Shown here one piece after another: positions 13,340 to 26,453 of a DNA stretch of 64,000 bases. Origin of the DNA: Balanoglossus misakiensis (taxonomy: Eukaryota > Animalia > Hemichordata); the NCBI GenBank assembly GCA_040954595.2, contig CM082588.2, positions 10,834,844 to 10,898,843 on the forward strand, given 5' to 3'. The notes under the pieces were generated by a model that saw only the letters and a program-made list of their open reading frames with translations, was not told the DNA's origin and did not search any database. Both the position numbers and the translations under genes were made by a program. Numbering within the stretch: the first letter of the stretch is position 1; each line of letters starts with the position of its first letter.

Positions 13340-14375
13340 GATATGTCTCTTGTTAAAAAGCACAACAGTCATGATTGTGTTCACATGAGTTTTATTGCTG
13401 CCAGGACATAACCCAAATATTTTGATAATTTTGGCAATGACCCTTGTTCTACTTGGATATGTCTCTAGTCTTGTTAAAAAGCACAACAGTCATAATTGTG
13501 TTCACATGAGTTTTATTGCTGCCAGGACATAACCCAAATATTTTGATAATTTTGGCGATGACCCTTGATCTACTTGGATATGTCTCTTGTTAAAAAGCAC
13601 AACAGTCATGATTTTGTTCACATGAGTTTTATTGCTGCCAGGACATAACCAAAATATTTTGATAATTTTGGCAATGACCCTTGATCTACTTGGATATGTC
13701 TCTTGTTAAAAAACACAACAGTCATAATTGTGTTCACATGAGTTTTATTGCTGCCTGGACATAACCTACATATTTTGATAATGTTGGCAATGATCCTTGA
13801 TCTACTTGGATATGCCTCTTGTTAAAAAGCACAACAGTCATGATTGTGTTCACATGAGTTTTATTGCTGCCAGGACATAACCCAAATATTTTGATAATTT
13901 TGGCAATGACCCTTGATCTACTTGGATATGTCTCTTGTTAAAAAGCACAACAGTCATGATTGTGTTCACACGAGTTTTATTGCTGCCAGGACATAACCCA
14001 AATATTTTGATAATTTTGGCAATGACCCTTGATCTACTTGGATATGTCTCTTGTTAAAAAGCACAACAGTCATTATTGTGTTCATATGAGTTTTATTGCT
14101 GCCAGGACATAACCAAAATATTTTGATAATTTTGGCAATGACCCTTGATCTACTTGGATAGGTCTCTTGTTAAAAAGCACAACAGTCATGATTTTGTTCA
14201 CATGAGTTATATTGCTGCCAGGACATAACCCAAATATTTTGATAATTTTGGCCATGACCCTTGATCTACTTGGATATGTCTCTTGTTAAAAAGCACAACA
14301 GTCATGATATTGTACACATGAGTACTATTGCTGCCTGGACATAACCCAAATATTTTGATAATTTTGGCCATGATC
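13340..14375. repeat. 116-bp tandem array, ~9 copies
   Basis: Unit TTGATCTACTTGGATATGTCTCTTGTTAAAAAGCACAACAGTC...GGCAATGACCC; period 116 (13565 to 13681). Confidence 0.92.
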
Positions 14376-16064
14376 TACTTTCCCATAACTTGCCATGCAC
14401 AGCAGATACGGCTTTCAAATTTAGAGGACTGGAACACCTAATGAAGTATTAATCTTTAACACAATCGTTATGTACTTATCCTATTTAAAGTTAACCAATT
14501 GAGCTTAGAAGTTTGGTTCTTGTTGGACACTTATCAGTTTGATGTCAAAATTTGTTGGCACAAATTTGCGTGACCTCTGGCTTACTTACCATTTCTCAGC
14601 ATCCATAACAGATACAGCCTTTGCTTTCTGTTGGAACCATGCTAACCACTTTGGTCACTCCAATGCTGCTTATAGTTGGGTCTTCTTCATGGCGGCCATA
14701 TTGGATTTTCTGATAATCTCTAAAAGTGTACATTTTTTTCTAAACTGCAGGGCCAATCAAGTTCTAATTTACTGGCCGTTCCAATTTTTTTTCAATTATA
14801 TTAATAGTGGTCATGTGAATTTGGATTTATTATGGATTTTTTCAAAAACTCATGAAGATTTCCAAAATCTTTTTTAATCAAGCTTTCAAGTGAATTGTGA
14901 TTGGTTAAACCTTATTGAAGCCAAATTGGATTGTCTGAACTCCGATTAAAAACTAAAATTTCCTATTTCAAGGCTACTGAATTATAGCACACCAATCCTT
15001 TTTATGGATACGAGTCACCATAAGACCAGAATATGTTAAACAATTTTTATCAACTTTCACATGTCCTTTCATCCATTTTTTCAACACTTAATTATACAAT
15101 TTTTTTGCAACTGTCATTCGTCTTTTGATCCAGATCTTTCAGAACTTAATTCTACGTTGATATGCCTCTTGTTAAAAAGCACAAGAGTCGTGATTTTGTT
15201 CACATGAGTACTACTGCTGCCCGGACATAACCCAAATATTTTGATAATTTTGGCAGTAACTTTTGATCTACATTCCCATAACTTGGCATGCACAGCAGAT
15301 ACAGCTTTTAAATTTAGAGGACTGGAACACCTAATAAAGTACATGTATTAACTTTAACACAATAATTATGTATATAAGCTATTTAAAGTTAACCAATAAA
15401 GCGTAGAAGTCTGCTTTTTGTTGGACACTGATCAGTTTGGTATCAAATTTTGTTGGCACATTTTGCATCACCTCTGGCATACTTTACCATTTCTAGGCAT
15501 CCACAACAGATGCAGCATTTGCTTTCTGTTGGAACCATGCTAACCGCTTTGGCCACTCCAATGCTGCTTGTAGCTCTAATTGTCTTCTTCATGGTGGCCA
15601 TATTGGAATTTCTAATAACCTTTAAAAGTTGACATTTTCATAAACTACAGGGCCAATCAAATTCTAGTTTACTGTAGGGTTGAAAGTTTGACAAAAATAT
15701 CATTAGTGGTCAAGTGACTTTGGGTGCCTAATTGGATTGTTTAAAAATCTCATTAAAAAATTACAGAACATCTTTTTCTAATCAAGTTTTCAAGTGAATT
15801 GTGATTGGTGTCACCTTATTGGAGCCAAATTGGATTTTTCTAAACACTGATTAAAAACTAAGATTTTCTATTTCTAGCCTACTCATTGAAAGCACACAAA
15901 TTAATTTTATGGATACGAGTCGCCATATGACTAGAATACGTTACATTTTTTGGCAACTTTCACATGTCCTTTGATCCAGTTTTTTCAAAACTTGATTAAA
16001 CAATTTGTTGGCAACTCTCGCATGTCCTTTGACCCAGTAATTCCATAACTAAATTTTATGTGGA

Positions 16065-16545
16065 TATGGCTCTTGATAAAAAGCTAAACAGTCATGATTT
16101 TGTTCAAAGAGTACTACTGCTGCCAGGACATAACCCAAATATTTTGATAATTTTGGCAATGACCCTTGATCTACTTGGATATGTCTCTTGTTAAAAAGCA
16201 CAACAGTCATGATTTTGTTCACATGAGTTTTATTGCTGCCAGGACATAACCCAAATATTTTGATAATTTTGGCAATGACCCTTGATCTACTTGGATATGT
16301 CTCTTGTTAAAAAGCACAACAGTAATGATTTTGTTCACATGAGTTTTATTGCTGCCAGGACATAACCCAAATATTTTGATAATTTTGGCCATGACCCTTG
16401 ATCTACTTGGATATGTCTCTTGTTAAAAAGCACAACAGTCATGATTTTGTTCACATGAGTTTTATTGCTGCCAGGACATAACCCAAATATTTTGATAATT
16501 TTGGCCATGACCCTTGATCTACTTGCATATGTCTCTTGTTAAAAA
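16065..16545. repeat. 116-bp tandem array, ~4 copies, interrupted by the foldback element
   Basis: Same unit as above. It breaks at CTTGTTAAAAA (16545) and resumes AAAAGCACAACAG at 19789. Confidence 0.9.
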
Positions 16546-17079
16546 AACAGTATAGAAAACATTTTCCAATTTCCGAAAAACCTCTTTTTTACAAAATTAC
16601 TGCTGAAAAAGTTAGAAATTTATGAAAATATTCCTTATTCTTTGCCAATTTCTAATGAAAAAATTACATAAAGGTATTCTTAGTCTCTTTCCTGCAGCTG
16701 TACAGCAGGAAAAATGCATTTTGTCATATTTTGGCTTTAAACTCAAATTAAAATTTATCTGTGAAAAAACTGAGTCTCCTTCAAAGCCACGTACATGACA
16801 GTCCTTTTGATTTTTTTCTAAGGAAATTTTGTCTCCATGTTTATCATGAGTAATATTTCTATTGAAAATTTGCAAGTGTGTGAATTGCTTGTAAAATTTC
16901 GCCAGAAAAAACAATAGCATCAAAAAGTAAATCTGAAACCCAATATTTATTACAAGAATTGTTAGATTAATATCCGTATCACACAAATCCGTTGGATTTC
17001 GTATGAATTTTAGGAAATAAGCACTGCTAATTGACAAATCCATATTTTGCAGCTGAAATACTTGGAAAAGAGTCAGTGG

Positions 17080-17877
17080 CATGTGAGAGCTTGGAAATTT
17101 CCAAGCACTGACAAGGGTCAGTGGTCGGAAATTTCCAGACACTCAGGGAATGTGAGAGCCTGGAAATTTCCAAGCACTGACAAGGGTCAGTGGTCGGAAA
17201 TTTCCAGACACTCAGGGAATGTGAGAGCTTAGAAACTTCCAAGCACTGACAAGGGTCAGTGGTCGGAAATTTCCAGACACTCAGGGAATGTGAGAGCTTA
17301 GAAATTTCCAAGCACTGACAAGGGTCAGTGGTCGGAAATTTCCAGACACTCAGGGAATGTGAGAGCCTGGAAATTTCCAAGCACTGACAAGGGTCAGTGG
17401 TCGGAAATTTCCAGACACTCAGGGAATGTGAGAGCTTAGAAATTTCCAAGCACTGACAAGGGTCAGTGGTCGGAAATTTCCGGACACTCAGGGAATGTGA
17501 GAGCCTGGAAATTTCCAAGCACTGACAAGGGTCAGTGGTCGGAAATTTCCAGACACTCAGGGAATGTGAGAGCTTAGAAATTTCCAAGCACTGACAAGGG
17601 TCAGTGGTCGGAAATTTCCAGACACTCAGGGAATGTGAGAGCTTAGAAATTTCCAAGCACTGACAAGGGTCAGTGGTCGGAAATTTCCGGACACTCAGGG
17701 AATGTGAGAGCCTGGAAATTTCCAAGCACTGACAAGGGTCAGTGGTCGGAAATTTCCAGACACTCAGGGAATGTGAGAGCTTAGAAATTTCCAAGCACTG
17801 ACAAGGGTCAGTGGTCGGAAATTTCCGGACACTCAGGGAATGTGAGAGCCTTGAAATTTCCAAGCACTGACAGGGTC
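17080..17877. repeat. 69-bp tandem array (left arm), ~11.5 copies
   Basis: Unit GGGAATGTGAGAGCCTGGAAATTTCCAAGCACTGACAAGGGTCAGTGGTCGGAAATTTCCAGACACTCA; period 69 (17101 to 17170). Confidence 0.95.
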
Positions 17878-17942
17878 GTGGTAGTCCCCCGTACAGGTCT
17901 GCGTTCTCCCGGCGTTTAATACATGGCTTCCACCACATCTCT

Positions 17943-18340
17943 GCAAGGCTCCATGGACAAAACTGATTCGTCTGAGATCCGGATCCGGACAGCAGCTTTT
18001 CTGCCGAGATTCGATTTTATCGGGGGAATCTTTCCCCCGTCTACCCACAAATGACTCCAAATAAGATGTAATTAACTTCCGAGCCGCTCGCTTTCTGATT
18101 TTCTCTTGTGTTTACCTGTTGAGATCGCCATATTGAATACAGTGAGGTTATCTCAATGGGTAAACACAAAAGTTTCAGAAAGCGAGCGGTTCGGATGTTA
18201 GAAGAAGTCAATCGTGGAGTCGGTTATAACCGGTTAGTAGACAGGGAAAGGATATTCTCCCGATAAAATCGAATTTCGGCGAAAAGCTCTGGTACGGATC
18301 TGGACCGCAGACGCAACAGGTTTGTCTAAGGAGCCTTAGC
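17943..18340. repeat. Degenerate ~400-bp inverted repeat inside the foldback
   Basis: Nested complementary blocks centred near 18138: AAGGCTCC/GGAGCCTT, TTCGATTTTATCGGG/CCCGATAAAATCGAA, CCGCTCGCTTTCTGA/TCAGAAAGCGAGCGG, TGTGTTTACC/GGTAAACACA and TTGAGAT/ATCTCAA. Confidence 0.8.
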
Positions 18341-18347
18341 GTCACAA

Positions 18348-18790
18348 TGTTCATGACAGGCTTCGCCTACCAACTCCTCTGAGTTAGCCCATACACTAGT
18401 TGTTTATTGGGAATTGGTATTGTTTATCTGACATAATTGTTCTTTCTACTCTGTATACAAAGTCACAACTTCACAACTACCAAATGCTATTGTTCTTGAA
18501 TTATGCAGTGTTACCAAATGTCACAGTTCAAACCACTGTTTATAAAGAAGTATTGGCCATCCCGCCCCTCTCTCTTCATTCCAAACCTATTCCCAAGTGT
18601 ACGTGGTACATTTGTTGGTGCCGAGACCAGGATGTCGGGCATGGAGAGAGAGAGAAGAACAGCAGAAGAGGCCACCGCAGTCAAATGACCAATCTCATCC
18701 GTAGGGTTGAAGATATAAACACAGGCGCAGTTCCTCAACAGATCGTTTTCCTAAAGGCCATAATTTGAAACATGATAGAGAAACTCAAGA
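18348..18790 (+). mobile_element. Truncated BEL/Pao-like LTR retrotransposon 5' end (LTR, PBS, gag start)
   Basis: Candidate LTR TGT...ACA at 18348-18610, then PBS-like TGGTGCCGAGACCAGGAT at 18616-18633 overlapping an ATG. A frameshifted MSGMERE../RRGHRSQMTNLIRRVED resembles BEL gag N-termini. Confidence 0.6.
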
Positions 18791-19497
18791 TTTCCAAGCA
18801 CTGACCCTGTCAATGCTTGGAAATTTCCAGGCTCTCACATTCCGCGAGTGTCTGGAAATTTCCGACCACTGACCCTGTCAGTGCTTGGAAATTTCTAGGC
18901 TCTCACATTCCCTGAGTGTCTGGAAATTTCCGACCACTGACCCTTGTCAGTGCTTGGAAATTTCTAAGCTCTCACATTCCCTGAGTGTCTGGAAATTTCC
19001 GACCACTGACCCTTGTCAGTGCTTGGAAATTTTCAGGCTCTCACATTCCCTGAGTGTCTGGAAATTTCCGACCACTGACCCTTGTCAGTGCTTGGAAATT
19101 TCCAGGCTCTCACATTCCCTGAGTGTCTGGAAATTTCCGACCACTGACCCTTGTCAGTGCTTGGAAATTTCCAGGCTCTCACATTCCCTGAGTGTCTGGA
19201 AATTTCCGACCACTGACCCTTGTCAGTGCTTGGAAATTTCTAAGCTCTCACATTCCCTGAGTGTCTGGAAATTTCCGACCACTGACCCTTGTCAGTGCTT
19301 GGAAATTTCCAGGCTCTCACATTCCCTGAGTGTCTGGAAATTTCCGACCACTGACCCTTGTCAGTGCTTGGAAATTTCCAGGCTCTCACATTCCCTGAGT
19401 GTCCGGAAATTTCCGACCACTGACCCTTGTCAGTGCTTGGAAATTGCCAGGCTCTCACATTCCCTGAGTGTCTGGAAATTTCCAGACACTGACCCTT
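18790..19497. repeat. 69-bp tandem array (right arm, inverted), ~10 copies
   Basis: Reverse complement of the left-arm unit. Confidence 0.95.
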
Positions 19498-20808
19498 CTG
19501 GAGTGACTAGCAATTTTTGCAAATTGTACTATTAATTGAATTCATAATTTAATTATTAGTTTTTTTCAATGAAATATTCAAATCCATACAACCCAAAGAT
19601 GGCTCCTTCATTATTTCTATGGAAATTTCACAGTTTATTCTTTTCTTTCTGCACACTCGCAAACATCTTGAAAATAATCATAGAAAAATATCGAAATATA
19701 TTGTACTGTGAAAAAAACACTAATTTCCTTGAAAAAAGTTTAAAAAACGGCTACTTTTCGGAAATTGGAAAATGTTTTCTATACTGTTAAAAGCACAACA
19801 GTCATGATTTTGTACACATGAGTACTATTGCTGCCTGGACATAACCCAAATATTTTGATAATTTTGGCCATGATCTACTTTCCCATAATTTGACATGCAC
19901 AGCAGATATGGCTTTCAAATATAGAGGACTGGAACACCTAATGAAGTATTAATCTTTAACACAATCATTATGTACTTATCCTATTTAAAGTTAACCAATT
20001 GAGCTTAGAAGTTTGGTTCTTGTTGGACACTTATCAGTTTGATGTCAAAATTTGTTGGCACAAATTTGCGTGACCTCTGGCTTACCTACCATTCTATGAA
20101 TCCACAACAGATACAGAGTTTGCTTTCTGTTGGAACCATGCTAACTGCTTTGGCCCCTGTGATGCTGCATGTTCTTTTAATTGTCTTCTTCATGGTGGCC
20201 ATATTGGATTTTCTGATAACCTTTAAAAGTTGACATTTTTTTTCAAAAATTACAAGGCCAATCAAGTTCTAATTTACTGTACGTTCCAATTTTTTAAAAT
20301 AATATTGTTAGTGTTCATGTGAATTTGGATTTATTATGGATTTTTGAAAAATACCATGAAAAATTTCCAAAATCTTTTTTTAATCAAGCTTTCGCGTAAA
20401 TTGTGATTGGTTAAACCTTATTGAAGCCTAATTGGATTTTCTGAACTCCGATTAAAAACTAAAATTTCCTATTTGTAGGCTACTGAATGATAGCACACCA
20501 AGCCTTTTTATGGATAGAGTCAACATAAGACAAGAATGTTAAAAAAATTTGTCAACTTTCACATGTCCATTGATCCTTTTTTTAACACTTAATTATACAA
20601 TTTTTTGCAACTTTCATTTTCCCTTTGATCAAGATCTTTCAGAACTTAATTGTACATTGATATGTCTCTTGTTAAAAAGCACAACAGTCATGATTTTGTT
20701 CACATGAGTACTACTCTGGCAGGACATAACCCAAATATTTTGATAATTTTGGCAATGACCCTTGATCTACATTTCCAAAACTTGGCATGCACAGCAGATA
20801 CAGCTTTT

Positions 20809-21166
20809 ATTAGCTCTGCTGTCACTTGTGTCAGCCGAGCTGTAGCAGTAGGTTGATAAATGTCTGTCCGTCGTCTGTCGTCCGTCATCCGTCGTCCGTC
20901 AACTTTTGGTATTTCAATCTTCTTCTATAAAACTACTTGGCATATTTAGCTGAAATTTGGTTGGAATGTGTGTTATGGTGCCCTTACCTGATTTTGTTAA
21001 TTTGGATTTGATCGGGTCATGAATATGCAAATTAGATCTAAAAATAAAATTTTTGGTAAAAAAATCTTCTTCTCCCTAACTACATGTACGATGGAGCTGA
21101 AAATTGGTAGGAATGTGTGGTATGGTGCCCCTACCTGATTTTGTTAATTGGAATTTTGATGGGGTC
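20809..21166 (+). mobile_element. 3'-truncated Helentron-associated (HINE/DINE-like) element
   Basis: Head TAGCTCTGCTG...CAGCCGAGCT, a GTCC/GTCGTC microsatellite and ~146-bp cores. It then joins abruptly to satellite sequence, so the tail is deleted. Confidence 0.8.
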
Positions 21167-21639
21167 TGCTTTCTGTTGGAACCTTGGTCCCTCCAATGCT
21201 ACTTTTAGTTGTAATTGTCTTCTTCATGGCGGCCATATTGGATTTTCTAATAAGCTTTAAAGGTTGACATTTTCATAAACTACAGGGCCAATCAAGTTCT
21301 AATTTACTGTGCGGTTGAAAGTTTGATAAAATATCATTAGTGGTCATGTGACTTTTGGTGCCTTATTGGATTTTTTAAAAATCTCATTCAAAAATTACGA
21401 AAATCTTTTTCTAATCAAGTTTTCAAGTGAATTGTGATTGGTTTAACCTTATCAGAGCCAAATTGGATTTTCTGAACTCCGATTAAAAGCTAAAATTCCT
21501 TTTTTTTATCCTACTCATTGAAAGCACACAAATTCTTTCTGTGGATACGAGTCACCATATGACTAGAATATGTTACATTTTTTGACAACTCTCGCATGTC
21601 CTTTGATCCAGTAATTCCATAACTTAATTTTATGTGGAT

Positions 21640-23592
21640 ATGGCTCTTGATAAAAAGCTCAACAGTCATGATTTTGTTCAAAGAGTACTACTGCTGCCAG
21701 GACATAACCCAAATATTTTGATAATTTTGGCAATGACCCTTGATCTACTTGGATATGTCTCTTGTTAAAAAGCACAACAGTCATGATTTTGTTCACATGA
21801 GTTTTATTGCTGCCAGGACATAACCCAAATATTTTGATAATCTTGGTAATGACCCTTGATCCCTTGGATATGTCTCTTGTTAAAAAGCACAACAGTCATG
21901 ATTTTGTTCACATGAGTTTTATTGTTGCCAGGACATAACCCAAATATTTTGATAATTTTGGCCATGACCCTTGATCTACTTGGATATGTCTCTTGTTAAA
22001 AAGCACAACAGTCATGATTTTGTTCACATGAGTTTTGTCGCTGCCAGGACATAACCCAAATATTTTGATAACTTTGGCAATGACCCTTGATCTACTTGGA
22101 TATGTCTCTTGTTAAAAAGCACAACAGTCATGATTTTGTTCACATGAGTTTTATTGCTGCCAGGACATAACCCAAATATTTTGATAATCTTGGCAATGAC
22201 CCTTGATCTACTTGGATATGTCTCTTGTTAAAAAGCACAACAGTCATGATTTTGTTCACATGAGTTTTATTGCTGCCAGGACATTACCCAAATATTTTGA
22301 TAATTTTGGCAATGACCCTTGATCTACTTGGATATGTCTCTTGTTAAAAGGCACAACAGTCATGATTTTGTTCACATGAGTTTTATTGCTGCCAGGACAT
22401 AATCCAAATATTTTGATAATCTTGGTAATGACCCTTGATCTACTTGGATATGTCTCTTGTTAAAAAGCACAACAGTCATGATTTTGTTCACATGAGTACT
22501 ATTGCTGCCTGGACATAACCCAAATATTTTGATAATTTTGGCAATGACCCTTGATCTACTTGGATATGTCTCTTGTTAAAAAGCACAACAGTCATGATTT
22601 TGTTCACATGAGTACTATTGCTGCCTGGACATAACCCAAATATTTTGATAATTTTGGCAATGACCCTTGATCTACTTGGATATGCCTCTTGTTAAAAAGC
22701 ACAACAGTCATGATTTTGTTCACATGAGTACTATTGCTGCCTGGACATAACCCAAATATTTTGATAATTTTGGCAATGACCCTTGATCTACTTGGATATG
22801 TCTCTTGTTAAAAAGCACAACAGTCATGATTTTGTTCACATGAGTACTATTGGTGCCTGGACATAACCCAAATATTTTGATAATTTTGGCAATGACCCTT
22901 GATCTACTTGGATATGTCTCTTGTTAAAAAGCACAACAGTCATGATTTTGTTCACATGAGTTTTATTGCTGCCAGGACATAACCCAAATATTTTGATAAT
23001 TTTGGCAATGACCCTTGATCTACTTGGATATGTCTCTTGTTAAAAAGCACAACAGTCATGATTTTGTTCACATGAGTTTTATTGCTGCCAGGACATAACC
23101 CATATATTTTGATCATTTTGGCAATGACCCTTGATCTACTTGGATATGTCTCTTGTTAAAAAGCACAATAGTCATGATTTTGTTCACATGAGTTTTATTG
23201 CTGCCAGGACATAACCCAAATATTTGGATAATTTTGGCAATGACCCTTGATCTACTTGGATATGTCTCTTGTTAAAAAGCACAACAGTCATGATTTTGTT
23301 CATATGAATTTTATTGCTGCCAGGACATAACCCAAATATTTTGATTATTTCGGCCATGACCCTTGATCTACTTGGATATGTCTCTTGTTAAAAAGCACAA
23401 CAGTCATGATTTTGTTCACATGAGTTTTATTGTTGCCAGGACATAACCCAAATATTTTGATAATTTTGGCCATGACCCTTGATCTACTTGGATATGTCTC
23501 TTGTTAAAAAGCACAACAGTCATGATTTTGTACACATGAGTACTATTGCTGCCAGGACATAACCCAAATATTTTGATAATTTTGGCCATGAT
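21640..23592. repeat. 116-bp tandem array, ~17 copies
   Basis: Same unit, highly homogeneous. A run of GAGTACTATTGCTGCCT variant copies lies at 22495-22860. Confidence 0.93.
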
Positions 23593-26453
23593 CTTCTTTC
23601 CCATAACTTGCCATGCACAGCAGATACGGCTTTCAAATTTAGAGGACTGGAACACCTAATGAAGTATTAATTTTTAACACAATCATTATGTACTTATCCT
23701 ATTTAAAGTTAACCAATTGAGCTTAGAAGTTTGGTTCTTGTTGGACACTTATCAGTTTGATGTCAAAATTTGTTGGCACAAATTTGCCTGACCTCTGGCT
23801 TACTTACCATTTCTCAGCATCCATAACAGATACAGCCTTTGCTTTCTGTTGGAACCATGCTAACCACTTTGGTCACTCCAATGCTGCTTATAGTTGGGTC
23901 TTCTTCATGGCGGCCATATTGGATTTTCTGATAATCTCTAAAAGTGGACATTTTTTTCTAAACTGCAGGGCCAATCAAGTTCTAATTTACTGGCCGTTCC
24001 ATTTTTTTTTCAATTATATTAATAGTGGTCATGTGAATTTGGATTCATTATGGATTTTTTCAAAAACTCATGAAAAATTTCCAAAATCTTTTTTAATCAA
24101 GCTTTCAAGTGAATTGTGATTGGTTAAACCTTATTGAAGTCAAATTGGATTGTCTGAACTCCGATTAAAAACTAAAATTTCCTATTTCAAGGCTACTGAA
24201 TGATAGCACACCAATCCTTTTTATGGATACGAGTCACCATAAGTCCAGAATATGTTAAACAATTTTTATCAACTTTCACATGTCCTTTCATCCATTTTTT
24301 CAACACTTAATTATACTATTTTTTTGCAACTTTCATTCGTCTTTTGATCCAGATCTTTCAGAACTTAATTCTACGTTGATATGCCTCTTGTTAAAAAGCA
24401 CAACAGTCGTGATTTTGTTCACATGAGTACTACTGCTGCCAGGACATAACCCAAATATTTTGATAATTTTGGCAGTAACTTTTGATCTACATTCCCATAA
24501 CTTGGCATGTACAGCAGATACAGCTTTTAAATTTAGAGGCTTGGAACACCTAATGAAGTACATGTATTAACTTTAACACAATAATTATGTATATAAGCTA
24601 TTTAAAGTTAACTAATAAAGCGTAGAAGTCTGCTTTTTGTTGGACATTGATCAGTTTGGTATCAAATTTTGTTGGCACATTTTGCATCACCTCTGGCATA
24701 CTTTACCATTTCTAGGCATCCACAACAGATACAGCCTTTGCTTTCTGTTGGAACCATGCTAACCGCTTTGGCCACTCCAATGCTGCTTGTAGCTCTAATT
24801 GTCTTCTTCATGGTGGCCATATTGGATTTTCTAATAACCTTTAAAAGTTGACATTTTCATAAACTACAGGGCAAATCAAATTCTAGTTTACTGTAGGGTT
24901 GAAAGTTTGACAAAAATATCATTAGTGGTCATGTGACTTTGGGTGCCTAATTGGATTGTTTAAAAATCTCATTAAAAAATTACAGAACATCTTTTTCTAA
25001 TCAAGTTTTCAAGTGAATTGTGATTGGTGTCACCTTATTGGAGCCAAATTGGATTTTTCTGAACACTGATTAAAAACTAAGATTTCCTATTTCTAGCCTA
25101 CTCATTGAAAGCACACAAATTAATTTTATGGATACGAGTCGCCATATGACTAGAATACGTTACATTTTTTGGCAACTTTCACATGTCCTTTGATCCAGTT
25201 TTTTCAAAACTTGATTAAACAATTTGTTGGCAACTCTCGCATGTCCTTTGACCCAGTAATTCCATAACTTAATTTTATGTGGATATGGCTCTTGATAAAA
25301 AGCTCAACAGTCATGATTTTGTTCATAGAGTACTACTGCTGCCAGGACATAACCCAAATATTTTGATAATTTTGGCAATGACCATTGATCTACTTGGATA
25401 TGTCTCTTGTTAAAAAGCACAACAGTCATGATTTTGTTCACATGAGTTTTATTGCTGCCAGGACATAACCCAAATATTTTGATAATTTTGGCCATGACCC
25501 TTGATCTACTTGGATATGTCTCTTGTTAAAAAGCACAACAGTCATGATTTTGTACACATGAGTACTATTGCTGCCTGGACATAACCCAAATATTTTGATA
25601 ATTTTGGCCATGATCTACTTAAATCCTATTTAAAGTTAACCAATTGAGCTTAGAAGTTTGGTTCTTGTTGGACACTTATCAGTTTGATATCAAAATTTGT
25701 TGGCACAAATTTCCGTGACCTCTGGCTTACCTACCATTCTAAGAATCCATAACAGATACAGAGTTTGCTTTCTGTTGGAACCATGCTAACTGCTTTGGCC
25801 CCTGTGATGCTGCATGTTCTTTTAATTGTCTTCTTCATGGTGGCCATATTGGATTTTCTGATAACCTTTAAAAGTTGACATTTTTTTTCAAAAATTACAA
25901 GGCCAATCAAGTTCTAATTTACTGTACGTTCCAATTTTTTAAAATAATATTGTTAGTGTTCATGTGAATTTGGATTTATTATGGATTTTTGAAAAATCCC
26001 ATGAAAAATTTCCAAAATCTTTTTTTAATCACGCTTTCGCGTAAAATGTGATTGGTTAAACCTTATTGAAGCCTAATTGGATTTTCTGAACTCCGATTAA
26101 AAACTAAAATTTCCTATTTGTAGGCTACTGAATGATAGCACACCAAGCCTTTTTATGGATAGAGTCAACATAAGACCAGAATGTTAAAATTTTTTGTCAA
26201 CTTTCACATGTCCATTGATCCTTTTTTTAACTCTTAATTATACAATTTTTTGCAACTTTCATTTTCCCTTTGATCAAGATCTTTCAGAACTTAATTGTAC
26301 ATTGATATGTCTCTTGTTAAAAAGCACAACAGTCATGATTTTGTTCACATGAGTACTACTCTGGCAGGACATAACCCAAATATTTTGATAATTTTGGCAA
26401 TGACCCTTGATCTACATTTCCAAAACTTGGCATGCACAGCAGATACAGCTTTT

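Larger units (their letters stand above)
16546..19788. mobile_element. Foldback-type non-autonomous DNA transposon
   Basis: Perfect 34-bp TIR AACAGTATAGAAAACATTTTCCAATTTCCGAAAA at both ends. An apparent 4-bp AAAA duplication is deduced from the uninterrupted 116-bp unit. Two inverted internal arrays; no transposase. Confidence 0.9.

Noticed and set aside
17080-19497. CRISPR-like array of palindromic repeats
   Set aside because: The units are head-to-tail 69-bp copies with no unique spacers, there are no cas genes, and the context is eukaryotic.
17027-19535. 303-aa and 216-aa ORFs of 23-aa Cys-containing repeats
   Set aside because: 69 is divisible by 3, so one stop-free frame repeats automatically. 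There is no splice, start-context or domain evidence.
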